Origin: Schizochytrium sp. TIO01 | Lineage: Eukaryota > Protista > Bigyra: Labyrinthulomycetes | Assembly (NCBI GenBank): GCA_004764695.1 | Contig: SMSO01000005.1 | Location: forward strand, 1,302,001-1,366,000 | Reading direction: 5' to 3' | Length of the DNA: 64,000 bases | Notes under the pieces: generated by a model | The model's database searches: none | Seen by the model: only the letters and a program-made list of their open reading frames with translations | Told to the model about the DNA's origin: nothing | In this document: in pieces, positions 14,160 through 26,729 of the stretch | Layout of the letters: each line of letters starts with the position of its first letter | Position numbering within the stretch: the first letter of the stretch is position 1 | Program-made: the position numbers and the translations under genes

Positions 14160-16399
14160 ATTGCTAAGTCGAGTACGGCGAGATTACTGTCTTTCTTTAT
14201 ATCTTTCTAAGGGTCTTTCAGTGGTACGCTGCAGTGCCAACGTTGACCGATGCAACTTAATCTTTGTCATCTTTTCAGCCACGCTTTTTAATCCTTGAAT
14301 TGACTGTCTCATTGGAATTTATGATATCTGATAACATGCATGTAAATCTTTCTTCTATTTCCTTAAATTTGCCGCCGAAATCACATACCTTAGAGGCTTG
14401 AATACGAAGCTTCTCTTTAGGATACACCCAGTGTACCGTATCCATCTACTTTTTGGTGTTTCATGGGCAGAGTGCTGGGACGCAAATACCTCTACAATAT
14501 GATTCCCAATGTATAAAATGAACGCCTTGGTGGTTTGCTTTCTGTTTAATCTGGTGTAATTTGTTTATGGTTTTCCGTCATTTTGATCAACATATTAACT
14601 TAAACCAAAACTATACAATTGGCTTTAGGGAGTTGAGCTACCTTTTGGCTGGCTGGCTGGCTTGCCTTTTTCAGTTTCCTGATTCAAGTCGGATGTGATT
14701 CTGCTCCAGTCGAGCTTGATCTTCCACTCGCACGGCGTCCGAAAATCGCACGATACCCTCTGCTCAGGTCCAAGTTTCGCGCAGCTTGAAACCTAAACCC
14801 AGGCTGATGGAAGCAATTTATTGAACAGCAGAACTAAAGTCGCGTGCTGCCCAGCCAGCATTCAACACAAAGATAGCTGGCAAGGCAAGACTTGCATGCA
14901 GGGTGAAAGCAAACTAAAGAAGATCAACCAATTATCACGAAGCGGGCCATAAACCTTATTCGTTTCAGTTGGAAGTACTAGCAACCAATTTGTTATCTAA
15001 GAATTACCTGCTAACTCTTTTGCTTTTCTCCATCTGTAAAGTATAATTTCATCACTTTTTCTTTACTCTGTAAACAGCGAAAACTGGCTTGTTAACATTT
15101 CCTCTTTTAGTTCCTTACTTTTTAGTAACTGCGGTTACTCGAGCTCTTCTTCTCTCTCCTTCCATAGAAAACCAAAGCTTTCTTATCCTTTTGTAAAGGC
15201 TGTCTCCCTATTATGGAGGAACAGGTTGGTGCCTAGAGCCCTCTATCTTCAAAGTATCGAGACTCCAGGTACCACCCAGGATCCCTTTTCATTCGTCGTT
15301 TTGGTTCAACTCTAGCTAGGGAGAATAATGAGAAAGATTCGCGATAAGTAGTTTACCGCATCAGCGAATGCATGCCTTTGCCTCATATCCCTTCGCCTAG
15401 GACTGCCTAGAGCACATACCCTTCCGTTAGAATCTTGGACTCCCTCCATCCATCGTGCACAGTGCGAACGTAGCATGAACAAGGCACGAGGAAGCAAGCA
15501 TGCATACCCCATCTCAGGATGAACCGCCGAAGAAGAGAATGCATGTGCCTTCAAGTGGAATGAATTATTGGCATCGACGACGGAATCAATGGATGGAAAT
15601 GTAATGCAGCGCAGACCATAGGCGCTGCTACAGTTAACGCTAGCCACGAAAGCGGGTCTTTCAGGTCCATCAAAGCGCCAATGAAATGATTGGCATTACA
15701 ATAGGTACCAAACCTACGCCTGCAGTCGCAACTGCAAGCACGTGGCCACGAGCCTCCAGCCCATGTCAACATCGTGGCTGAGGCTCCCCGGTGCCTCTCG
15801 AGCCACTGACTTCTGAATCCACGTGAGTGATTGATCGATCGATCGATCCACGGACTCATATCCTCAAAATATTGCTTCAACTTCGTCTCTTCGATTCGAC
15901 TTTTTGCCCAAGGTGAGCTTAGCGAGTCAGCTACCCGAATCCGTAGGACACCACAGTGGTCACCTCTTAGCCTGCTGCCTAAGCAGGTGCTATGCAGCTA
16001 CGAGGTGCCTAAGAGTAGCTTACCGACCGCCGGTTTTTGCCCTGTGTAAGACCCACATAGCTAAAACAGTACCGCATGGAGGGACCCGTGCTAACGACCT
16101 CGCTCCCGAGCTGTAGACAGACAGACAGACCCCTGTCATTGGCGGCTGAGGAGGCTACGGTCAAGGGCAGGGTTTGTCGCAGAGGATGGAGGCAGGCCCT
16201 CGAGCCTATGTGCGGTGTTTCCCAGGGCCCTGGCGAGCCCCTGCTTCGAAGCGAGCGGGCTTGCGAGGTTAATTGCATCAATTTGCGATCCAGCCTCAGA
16301 TACAAGTTTACGCAGCACGGGGCCCAAAGGATGCGCGCCTAAGGAGGCGTAGCGGACTCCTACCGAGGCCGTAGTTAAAAGAAACAAACAACGACGAAA

Positions 16400-16460
16400 A
16401 TGAATGAATGAAAGAATGAATGAAAGAATGAATGAAAGAATGAATGAAAGAATGAATGAA
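16400..16460. repeat. (GAAT/GAAA) compound microsatellite
   Basis: Repeated tgaatgaatgaaagaa units seen directly. Confidence 0.85.
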
Positions 16461-16613
16461 TAGATGATGATACCAGTAGAAGCCGCATAGGCGTTACCGT
16501 AGCAGTGGCGTAGGAGGAGTATGACCTGAAAGAGCATGAAAAGGAGAACTCGCGGAAAGAGGAATCGACGAAGGAATAAACGGATCATGAATGAATGAGT
16601 GAATGAATGAATA

Positions 16614-16693
16614 CATCGCATCGCATCGCATCGCATCGCATCGCATCGCATCGCATCGCATCGCATCGCATCGCATCGCATCGCATCGCATCG
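16614..16693. repeat. (CATCG)16 pentanucleotide microsatellite
   Basis: Perfect tandem run; it generates the spurious MRCDA ORFs. Confidence 0.97.
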
Positions 16694-16930
16694 AGTGTCT
16701 GTGAAAGGAAAGGGAAAGTCTCTGGCAAGGCTTGATTGAAGTGGGGACGCAAAGCTGCGGAATGAGGCAACCGTCGATGACTGAGCGTGTGTCTGTCTGT
16801 CTGTCTGTCTGTTGAAGAGCCTCTGCTTGTTCATGCCTTAAGGCAGAAGAAGAAGAAGAAAGAAACTTTCATGTTTGGTTTTGTATATGATACCAATTCT
16901 TTTAATTCTTTTCTCTTTGGTTTTTAATGT

Positions 16931-16982
16931 GTTTGTTTGTTTGTTTGTTTGTTTGTTTGTTTGTTTGTTTGTTTGTTTGTTT
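16931..16982. repeat. (GTTT)13 microsatellite
   Basis: Perfect tandem run. Confidence 0.95.
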
Positions 16983-17690
16983 AAGGAAATAAATCGTCAA
17001 TTGAAGAAACGAACAAACAATCAAATAAATCAATAGCTAGGCAAGCGGAAGCCCAGAACCTTGACGAGCGGAGCGCGAGCTTGGCGCGGGCGGGACCGCC
17101 TCTGAAGCGGTGTGCTGGAGCGCGACCGTGGCTCCTGGCGAGGATCCTTTGGCAGCGCTGGCGCCTTGTTAACTTCTGGCCGCCCTTTGAAACAGCGATA
17201 TTGATAAGACGGGAAAGAAGAGGGCAGATCCAAGACCACCACCATAACGACAAAGCGCGAACTGATACTACGCCTTGCTGCGGCTTGAGCCCGTAGGTGC
17301 CTGGGACCTAGAAAGCGCACAAGAGACTCTTCGCGATCAGAGACAAGACTTTGGAACCTGCGATCTCCACACGACGAGCATCGACTAACGGACGGCTTGG
17401 CGTCCCAATTATAGATCCCTCTCTCTAGTATATTGCTGCGTTCTTTCTGTTAAGGTTTTTGTTGAAGTATTGTATTGCAACTCCATCCGTACGGAGCTGC
17501 GTATTTCGGCAGGTTTGTGGTTTTGAAAAAGCATCATAGATTTAAGGCTGTACTGTGAGGAGTACGGCGAAAAGGACTGACGGTTCGCTGCTTAATTGAG
17601 ACTTTGGAGAGAAAGTCTCGCTCGATATATAGAGCTAGCTCTCAGAGATATTTGGGAGGGCAAATTGTCGAACCATACATCGGAGTCACA

Positions 17691-19601
17691 ATGATGCATG
17701 GAAATGCAGGAGAGAACAAAATGCCGCTGCAAGAACTCCTTCAAATTGACGTGGACTCCGAGGGAAGAGTTCGCAGACGTCGCAGATCCTGGAGCTCGTG
17801 CAGTAGCCCGCAACACCTCAAGGCCCCAGGGCACCTTCTAGGCATTACCTCGGATGACATTGCCGATACGCTGCCTATGCCACCACTGCCATCGTCCTCG
17901 GCAGAAGGCTCGTCGTCTCGTAAACCACCCCTTTTGAACGCATCCTTGGACGAGGACGAGGTAGATAATATCTCCAATGTTGATATAAGGCGCGACTTCG
18001 ATTCGGGATACGACTCTGATACACTGAGAGACATTGATGACTTGCTGTCGCCAGATTCGCCACAACACCAGTACAGAAATGGAACTAATCCTCTGGACAA
18101 GTCGCCCATCGGCCGTCGCATCGTCGCACAGCCGCAACAGGATTTGGATCACAGCTTGCAATCTCATCTCGACGATGACCAAGATGACGAGTATGAAGAA
18201 GAGGATGAAGAAGATGTGCTTTCAGCCCGAAACCGTCGCCGCTACGAATATGGTGGAAAGACTGAAGGAAACAATCGAAAAATTAAGGATGTTAGGGATA
18301 CAATTACAGATGATCAGTCTGAGGCTGAGGTGAAAGCAGAACATGGTAGCTGCGCAGGAGAACAAACGCCAACCCGCAACCGCGAGCCCAAACTGGACTA
18401 CAGCACCGACGAAAATGTGGACATTCTCAATCTCATTAATAACTCTAGACACCAGCGGTCAGAGAAACGCCGTAAAGTCATGAGCAGGATTCTTACACCT
18501 GAGAGCGTTGCCAAGCACCTACGCACTCGAAGTGATACGGACGTTTGCTCACCAGCTGAGAAAGCCGTGCGCAGAAAGTCAGTTAATACGAAGGGCTGGA
18601 AACCATTTGGGTCGCGCGATCACCCACCTCGTCTCTCAACCTTGCGGAAGGTTGTATCTTCGAGCAGATCACTTGCTGCTGCCGCAGAAGCAACCCAAAT
18701 GGCCCGGGCTGCACAAAAGCGCCAACAAGAAGAGGAGGAAGAAGAAGAGCTTCTCGATACCAATAAACATCGCCAAGCAGAACCCCAGGACCATCAAACA
18801 GCTGCGCAGCCCTTATCACCTACGACTACTGCGAGCAAATGGTCATCTTTAGATATCTTGCGTTGGGCCCTCGTACTCGGACTTTGGATCGTAGCTATTG
18901 TCAACCCGCACGCAATTGCTGATATCTCGAAAAGGCTGACAAGTGGTATTCAAGGGGAGTCATTCTCGCAACCTGAGCCCGTCGTTCATTACCAACCACC
19001 GCCTCCACCCGTGGAACGACAAGACCAACAGCAGCGTGTCATAGTTGGGGATGTGCAAGATTCTCAGAGTGCTTCCGTTGAGGCCCCTAAAGATGCCAAA
19101 AACCATGCAACTACTCATGGTAAACCTAAACCCTCCAAATTTGTCATGCCTTCGGAACCTGCGCGTGTGGAATTTGCATCACCAATCGCTGACGGTGCTG
19201 ATGTCCCTCAATCAAGTATGACAATGCGTTTGCGGTTTGTTCATCTCTATCCGGAGCAGCTCGCACTCCATCGTAATCCACGCCTTTGTATGCGCGTGAC
19301 AAATGGGGGTGAGGATACCATGCTGGGTTGCATGCCTGTGAAGGAGGACACTATGGAAGTTTCACTCAAGGCTCTTAAGCTTGGCCCAACCCGTGTTGTA
19401 GCTGTTCTTGTTTCCGAAGCTAAGAAGCTTGGGCGAGCCTCACGACAGATGAATGTTGTCTTGGCTGACCCTGTGCCGGAGGATCCCCGCCTGGCAGCTC
19501 CTATTACGACGACAACAACAACAACGACAACAGACGAAGAAACGCAAGAGCGTTGCGTTACTACGTGCTCTCGAACCTGCACGTTGACCTATGAGGTCTA
19601 A
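17691..19601 (+). CDS. Uncharacterised single-pass membrane protein (disordered acidic N-terminal half, TM helix, C-terminal beta-rich domain)
   Basis: Long ORF with first ATG at 17691 (alternative 17721). Hydrophobic segment ILRWALVLGLWIVAIV; globular-looking C-terminal ~130 aa (ARVEFASP...LCMRV...LGPTRVVAVLV). Confidence 0.75.
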   Translation: MMHGNAGENKMPLQELLQIDVDSEGRVRRRRRSWSSCSSPQHLKAPGHLLGITSDDIADTLPMPPLPSSSAEGSSSRKPPLLNASLDEDEVDNISNVDIRRDFDSGYDSDTLRDIDDLLSPDSPQHQYRNGTNPLDKSPIGRRIVAQPQQDLDHSLQSHLDDDQDDEYEEEDEEDVLSARNRRRYEYGGKTEGNNRKIKDVRDTITDDQSEAEVKAEHGSCAGEQTPTRNREPKLDYSTDENVDILNLINNSRHQRSEKRRKVMSRILTPESVAKHLRTRSDTDVCSPAEKAVRRKSVNTKGWKPFGSRDHPPRLSTLRKVVSSSRSLAAAAEATQMARAAQKRQQEEEEEEELLDTNKHRQAEPQDHQTAAQPLSPTTTASKWSSLDILRWALVLGLWIVAIVNPHAIADISKRLTSGIQGESFSQPEPVVHYQPPPPPVERQDQQQRVIVGDVQDSQSASVEAPKDAKNHATTHGKPKPSKFVMPSEPARVEFASPIADGADVPQSSMTMRLRFVHLYPEQLALHRNPRLCMRVTNGGEDTMLGCMPVKEDTMEVSLKALKLGPTRVVAVLVSEAKKLGRASRQMNVVLADPVPEDPRLAAPITTTTTTTTTDEETQERCVTTCSRTCTLTYEV

Positions 19602-19862
19602 TTTATACTACCACGCTCGGATCTGTACCTGTAAGAGTTGCAGATCAATAAACTACTCTTTGTTCTATTTTCCTTCATCTATGCAACAGTGGAAATCATA
19701 TATCATATCCCCTTCTCCCCACCTCAATTACTTGAATCCCCCCCCTACTTTTGTTTCATGATTAAATATATATCTTTCATATTGTCTCTTTCCTTTTAAC
19801 TAATCATCACAAATAGCAAAATGTGTTATACTTCTGCTTCTTTGCTTAGCATTTTAATTTTA

Positions 19863-22063
19863 CTAAGTACATTGCAAGCTCAACTTTTGCAGCCGCGGGA
19901 AAATAAAGGAATTCAAAGAGTCTTGATGGTTGGCCTGTAACAAGCTAGCCTGACCAATGGTGCGCTCTATAATATTTTTGTGTCGTGCTGCATCCCAACG
20001 GTTTTGGCAAATGTCTAGATACAATAAGCAACCTAGAACCTGCAATTTAAAATAAACCAGAGATGGGTTGTCCAATTCCGTCGAACCTTTTTCACGGTCA
20101 AATCGTGCTTGCCATCCCTCAAGGCTTGCTTTCACAGATTTCGTCCCATCCAACCAGGCTGCATCTTCTCCGCCTAATTCGTAGAAAAGTTCAGTTGCGT
20201 CTAGGATGGTCGCTTCAGACTCCGCAGCAATGCCTCCTTGGAAAGGTGCGATATCATCTGATGTTAGCTCAAGAGCAAGGCCCGCTATGGAGTTAACCAA
20301 CGCAGGCCCGAGGGTATTTCTATGATTTTGCAATAATGCGTCCGCTATCTTGCACTCATCCGCAGACAGAAGAATATTCACAGTCGCAAGTCCAGGTTCG
20401 CGTGGCCCTGCTACAGTTAGCAAATATAGCAAGGTGTCGAAACCTCCACTAGAAGCTTCGATCTCCAACTCTGCCTCTTCAATATTTCCCATTATTTCGC
20501 TGCAGCCATCCTGTAGATACTCTCCAAGAGCATCTGTACTGAATCGAAGCACATTTAATAAGGATGGTTTAAAAAATCTGCCAATGAAGAAGTCGATGCC
20601 TTTCGTACAAGGCAGACAAATTGAGTAATAGAGCGAATACAAGCCTCCAGGGATTGTCGACAAGATAACAAGCTTTCGCCATCGAGTGACGTCCACTGAT
20701 ACTTTTCCTGGACACGCGCCACCTTAGAGGGGACCCTCTCGGTGAAGTACCGAACAGTCCATCTCAAAATACGTAGGCAAGCCACAGAAGTATTTGCTAG
20801 CTCAGGATGGTGCTTTGGATTGTCTTGATCCAACTGTTGAGCATTTGATGATGTACCTTCGATCCATCCGTAGCGAGCGTCTGTTAGACAGATTTCTAAC
20901 TCAACAGCAAGCATTTGCAAGAGAAACGATACAGGTGAGGCAGAACCTAATTCAACAGAAGTCATTTGAGGCCATACGGGTCCCATTTCATCAAAAAGTG
21001 CGGCAACAAGAGTAAAAATAACACATCGCTCCTCTGAGGCCATACGTGAGGAACGTTTCAAAGATGAAAATATTGCGTTTGAAAGACTCCTTGCGAGCGC
21101 ATAGGCAGAACCCTCCTCCTTTACGTTGAAATCCGTCAAAAATAGGTCTCGGTCCCAACCCAAAATGAAAGCTAAATTCAGACGGCCGAGGTCCAAAAAC
21201 AATTGGCCATCGGAGGAAGCCTGTTCGTTTGCAATCGTATTCCATGCGCCTGCGAGCTTTATGGCGTGATTGACTTCAAGCTGAGTATGAAGAATACACA
21301 AGATATCAATAGCGCGGCACCTGCGTTGGCAATTGTTTTCAATTTTGCAAGATTCCTCAATAAGCACATCGATGCAACTAGCACTTGACTCTGCGGAGTC
21401 GAAATTGGCGGCGTTGATTTCCACTAACCAACGCAGTGCATCTAGCATTTCTTCTGCGAAGATGTTATCAGCTTCAAGAAGACGCGTTGCGATGATGTGG
21501 TTCAAAAGACCGAGCAATTGAAGAACGTCTTCAGCATAAAACGGAGCATCAGTATATCTAACTTGTCGCATCATAGTGGATTGCTCAGAACCAGCATATG
21601 AAGTAGCTTCCTGAGCCTCTGCAATGTCCTGCGACAACATGCTTACAGGAATTGTGCATTTTGGACCCACCCCGGAGTCATCTTGTGGGGGGGGTTGTGC
21701 TACAAAGGCACCCAGAATTGTAATGGCCAGTTTTTGAAATCCACCGTCTTGAGAATCAGTAGCAAGCATACGTAATAGCGTCTTTGATGTTCGCACAGCT
21801 TCTGCAATGATTCTTCTATGCACCATAAACGAATCTCGCGAAACATGTTTAGCCAAAACTAGAAAAGCAGCTACTGCCGCGTTATCAGTCCCCGTCTTTA
21901 GCAGCTTCAATGCCGCTGCCACACGTTCATCACCTGTATCTCTGAGATTTTCATGGGTGCTTTCATTGCTGTTGCCATCCACGACTGCACTCTTCTTAGA
22001 ATTGTCACTGTTGCGGATAACCTCATTGACGCTCTCACTCCTCTTGCCACTGTTGTCACTCAT
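19863..22063 (-). CDS. Neurochondrin-like ARM-repeat protein, encoded in two overlapping frames joined near 20570
   Basis: N-terminal ERVAAALKLLKTGTDNAAVAAFLVLAK...LLRML resembles the neurochondrin N-terminus; helical Leu-rich composition. Upstream frame (ATG 22063) stops at 20555, and the -1 frame continues (LLNVLRFSTDALGEYLQD...) to 19863. Confidence 0.6.
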
Positions 22064-22546
22064 GGTACCATGAAGAGCTAGCTCCTCATAAAGCGCTCTC
22101 CAGGAGGCTTCCACAGAGAATGGCTCGTCTCGTTCGTCTGTACCAGCTTCTTGTGAAACTCTCAGTCCTGTCGTCAATGCCAGCAGCGACCACAAAAAAG
22201 ATCGAGAGGAAGAGAGGCTGACGGTGGTGAAGAAGAGTGACCTGCCCTGGGTTGCCCCCGTTTCAGGTTTTGACGATGCTGCTCTTGTTGCGGTGGCCTT
22301 TATTTACAACCCAATGGGCCTTTGTTTTTTCTTTTCTGCTCCCTTTTGAGAGGAAAGAATTCTGTTTTCTTGAATGGTTGATTGATTGAACGATTAATCA
22401 ATCTTCTTTTTGCGCCATCAAAGTTGGCGATCGTTGCGATATCTATCTAAGTAACTAGAATCTAACCATCAGCAGAACACGAACGATTACACCTTTGCGA
22501 TTAACTTGAGGCAGACGGGTTGAGTTCGCTTGTAGAGCTAGGAACC

Positions 22547-23775
22547 ATGCGGCGCATTGTGCTTTTCGGAGACTCCCTCACGCAGGAGGGCTTCATGCAG
22601 GGGTACTGGGCACAGCGGCTGTCAAACCGTGAGTGTGGATGAAGCATCGGCCGCAAGAACGCTGCTGCTCTTGTATGAATTGAATTGGTTGTGCAATCTT
22701 CAATAAAGAACTTGAGTTCAAGTGTTCCTGATGGGAGATCGGGCTTGCAGTGTAGAACGAAACTGTGCAGTGAATCTCGGGTTATGAATGTACCCGGAAC
22801 TGATAAAGGCTAACTTCTCTATACATACACATGTTGCGACCTGCCTAATTGGATCTTTGGGACGTGATCACTTTTGAAGGGATACAACACAGGTTACGTG
22901 CGCAGAGCAGATGTGCTCAACAGAGGCTTTTCTGGCTACAACTCGAGATGGGCCAAGGAAATTATGCCTGAGATCCAAAAGGATCTCGATGGAGCAGCCA
23001 TTGCCACAATTTTTCTCGGTGCCAGTAAGTTTATTTTTAATTATTATTTTGAGGCGAGCCGATGAGAGCTTTCTCATGGTCTCAACGGCTCAGAGAGGTA
23101 ACTCAGAGGGCAATAGGTTTTTCAATCGTAGGAAATAATTCGATTACTCACAGCAAGATTGGTTGTGAATGGCAATGATAATTTGTTTGTACAGACGACG
23201 CTTCAGACGATGTTCAGGCTGTCCCTGTGGAGGAGTATGGCTCTAACTTGAAGGAGATTGTAGAATTTTTCCGCAAATCCGGATGTGAAAAGGTTATCCT
23301 TATTGCCCCGCCTCCTCTCGATGAAGCCCTCTATTTCAAGGAGTTTCTTGAGAAACGTGGCAGGACCAAGGTAGACCGCAGGAATGATCTTGTTGTAACA
23401 TATGCAAGGAAATGTGCCGAAGTAGCCGAAGAGCTTGGAGTACCTTGCCTTCCCTTATTTGACAAGGTCAACGAGAAGGCTAAGGCTGATGACAAGCCGC
23501 TTGAATACTACTTCCGTGACGGTCTTCACCTTAACGCCGAGGGTGGAGAGATCCTCTTTGACGAGCTTCTCTTGCTCATTCAACGCACCATGCCAGAGTT
23601 CTTTGTGACCCCTTGCAAGTACACTGATAACCCTGCTAACTCTGGCTCGCTCTGCGAGGCCTTGCCTCCTTTTGGCCCGTGGTGGGATAAGATTGATCCT
23701 GAGGCTGGAATTGGCAAGTTTATGCCCTCTGGTGATGAACCTGAACCCAAGAAGGCTAAGACTTCCGACGAATAA
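22547..23775 (+). CDS. IAH1: SGNH/GDSL hydrolase, isoamyl-acetate-hydrolysing esterase (IAH1)-like; exons 22547-22628, 22893-23024, 23195-23775
   Basis: Splicing at GTGAGT...CAG and GTAAGT...CAG rebuilds all four SGNH blocks in frame: FGDSLT, NRGFSGYNS, GANDA (spans intron 2) and DGLH. Confidence 0.9.
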
Positions 23776-24260
23776 ATAACGAATGTAAACGCTGATTTGT
23801 TCTGTTGTTTGAAACTCTTCTGTTGGCATGTTAGACTGATTTTTGAAAAGATCAATGCGATTCGTTAAAATTACAGCTTTACAAAATATGGGGGATAGTA
23901 TATATCTAAAATATCCAATCATAACTTTTTTCTTTCTATTCTCTAGTGGTCGTATCGTATCAATTATTCGAGTCGGCATTGATTTTTGTATAAAGAACAA
24001 AATTGTGCCTTAATCTGATGCAGAGAATCTAAATACTACACTTAGGTATATTTTATTTCTTTTACATCATAAAAATTGTATTAAAAAACGAGGGGCAGTG
24101 CGAACATCTTTAAAAAGAAAATCAAGAAAAGATTCATGACTAACAATCACAACACAGATAATTGGAACGGGATTCGCGCCAATGACCTCCAACAAAGGAG
24201 CTCGTGGCAAACAATAATTGTCATGAACCTCCAAACAGTAGACTAACGCTTTGTATATAC

Positions 24261-25685
24261 TCAAGTTCGGGCAAGATCGTAGCTATCTACATGAATGCTT
24301 GGGCGCCGCGAACGTATGGCTGGAGTTGATAGAGGTGATGATGAATACTCAAGTTGTGGCTCTGATTCAGCAGGTTTGGGCATTTCTGAATTGTAAATCA
24401 GAACACCAGACACAATCACAACAAGAGCAACAAAGTAGAGCGGCACGAGGTTTTCATGGAAAATCAAATGGCCAGCCAGAACGGACCAAACATCCGAACT
24501 GAGTAGGGAAATGTTCAAGAACGCTGCATCAAAGTACTCAAGAAACTTCGAGATTGAGCTATACATTCCAAACAGACAAATCACGTAGCCTGCAATATAA
24601 AGCCATGCCTCCGTGGGCCATGAAGGAATGTCCGCAAGAGCCTTGTGTTCCATTATAGCAACCTCAATAGTGCCAAAAAAGAAACCAAAGGAACCCAGTA
24701 AGAAAAGGTACTCTACCCTATCATGCTGTTTTACCATAACTTCTTGCGCAACGTTGCTAATACCATAGCAGGTTGCAGCCATGATGACTAAAGCGTCTCC
24801 GAGAGCTGGATTGGATCCACGGGATTCATCACCAGAGCTACGCACAACATCGATGATGACTACAATGCACAGACCAAAAATACACAAGAGAACACCCCCC
24901 ATATTACGGTAGCTGTACACAACCTTGAGAAAGATCCTACTTAGAAACATAACGACAGGGATTGAAAAGCAATCAAGCAAAGTTGCGCTCGAAATTGTTG
25001 TGTACCGGTAGGCCAGAACTGCGAGGAAATTACCTTGCACATCGGTGAAGGCAATCAAGGCATAGACATACCATGGAGCTGAAAATTGTACATCAGTCTT
25101 GTGACGTCGAGGCTGATCCTCAGATATAGAGATTGAGGTCCTGAGCCGAGATGCGCCTTCATCACTCCCAACTGTTTCGAATTGGCTTTCTCTCGACGTC
25201 ATCAGCTCCTCGCGGCTGTCGAACAGCGCATTTTCACGAAGTCTTTGCAGCCAGAAGAACCCATAAATTCCAGCCAAAAAGACATACATGAGTAGGTTTT
25301 GAAAACCTGGCACGCTCACGCCTGCTGTTCTTACAAGTGCTTCAGAAAAGACACCAGTGCCAGTGAGCAGCAGCGAAAGCAGTTGGCCCAAAATGACACC
25401 ATTCCATCTTCGCCAGCATCTTCTTACGCCCGTAGAAGCCGAAATGTCTCCATCTTCTGCATTCACCTCCCAGCCTCTATCTCCGTTCACGTCGCGACCG
25501 TTTCGAGTATTGTTGTTGCTTTGCGTACTGCTTTCGACGTTGTTGTTATCGCCAACCACCTCTTCATAGTCCCCATGAACTTCGCGGGGCGCCATGCTGG
25601 ACCTTGTGTCCTGCTCCAACTCGACGTCCTCGAAACCCAATTCCTCTGAGCCTCCAGAGGGCCTCACTAATGGCGCCAGCTCCAT
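24261..25685 (-). CDS. SLC35F1/F2-like (DUF914) drug/metabolite transporter superfamily protein
   Basis: About 10 TM helices with LGQLLSLLLTGTG, DVQGNFLAVLAYRYTTISSATLLDCFSIP, GDALVI...YGISNVAQE and NISLLSSDVW. First ATG is at 25685. Confidence 0.9.
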   Translation of the reverse strand: MELAPLVRPSGGSEELGFEDVELEQDTRSSMAPREVHGDYEEVVGDNNNVESSTQSNNNTRNGRDVNGDRGWEVNAEDGDISASTGVRRCWRRWNGVILGQLLSLLLTGTGVFSEALVRTAGVSVPGFQNLLMYVFLAGIYGFFWLQRLRENALFDSREELMTSRESQFETVGSDEGASRLRTSISISEDQPRRHKTDVQFSAPWYVYALIAFTDVQGNFLAVLAYRYTTISSATLLDCFSIPVVMFLSRIFLKVVYSYRNMGGVLLCIFGLCIVVIIDVVRSSGDESRGSNPALGDALVIMAATCYGISNVAQEVMVKQHDRVEYLFLLGSFGFFFGTIEVAIMEHKALADIPSWPTEAWLYIAGYVICLFGMYSSISKFLEYFDAAFLNISLLSSDVWSVLAGHLIFHENLVPLYFVALVVIVSGVLIYNSEMPKPAESEPQLEYSSSPLSTPAIRSRRPSIHVDSYDLART

Positions 25686-25787
25686 CCGACGCGACACCAC
25701 GCTTGGAGAGAAGAAGTGGAATTGCGCCCGATTTTGACCTTCTGCGGCTTTTCATGTGCTTTCTTTGCATTGCTTATTTCCAATCAT

Positions 25788-25844
25788 CATTCATTCATTC
25801 ATTCATTCATTCATTCATTCATTCATTCATTCATTCATTCATTC
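25788..25844. repeat. (CATT)14 microsatellite
   Basis: Perfect tandem run upstream of the SLC35F gene. Confidence 0.95.
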
Positions 25845-26684
25845 GACTCCTCTCTCTTCATTATCAGGCCCTATCTATGATTAACAACCTACTGTGGCAA
25901 ATGGTAATAGCAGCAAGAATCATGCCCAGATCTCTTCTTTTGGTGACGTTCTTTGGAGTTTGGTGCTATTCACGCTCGGCACTTCTTTAGTTTGTCGCAC
26001 CTGAGTTGCCAAAGCATTGTGAAAATAATGGCATGCGTGGGGTGGTGAAGCCAAGTTCGCACGCACATGCATGCATGGTACAGGGACAAATAAACTAGTG
26101 GACGCATGGACGAAATGATTGCTAGGTTTCCAACATTGCAATAAGCTTGGGTTGCGGATGGGTCAAGAGGTTTTATGGAACAAGGCTGCGGTCGTGTCAC
26201 GCTCGTCAGGTATGATTAGCCGCAATGTGTGCAATTGCGAAGAAGGAAAAGCTGTGTTTTTGACTTGGAGATTCTCGAAAATATGGGGTCGAATTTCACG
26301 GAGCCCGTGAGTCGTCCAATACTCTCTGAAATGTACGATGTCCCAGTACATAAGCAAAATGTGTCATTCTGTCCCAACCTCTTCTTTAAAGTACTTGTCA
26401 CTTCAACGACGAGAGGATATCTATCGTCTTGAAGATGATCAAGTTCAAGAATAAAACATCGCCTTTATTGCGCAGTGTTGCTTAATCCAAACATTTCAGG
26501 AGGTTAGGAAAGCCTGGCCATGTAAAGGCTGGAACTACGTTCTGTGTCCATGGCATGGGCGCCGCTTACTTATTCCCAAGCTCCACAGGATCTCGCAGAG
26601 CAGGTGCTCTCACAACAGGCCCTCGAAGGTGGAGGGCGGAACGGCAGAACACCTGCGGAACCCCTTTCAGCAGATAGTAAATAT

Positions 26685-26729
26685 ATAAATTATAAAATAA
26701 TTATAAATAAATTATAAATAAATTATAAA
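26685..26729. repeat. AT-only ~11-bp tandem repeat (TAAATTATAAA) x4
   Basis: Seen directly. Confidence 0.8.

Noticed and set aside
16136-16834. ORFs with MRCDA and SFIL repeats
   Set aside because: Translations of the CATCG and GAAT microsatellites, not genes.
22874-23775. Two separate small genes, as listed in the ORF track
   Set aside because: They are exons 2 and 3 of one spliced IAH1-like gene.
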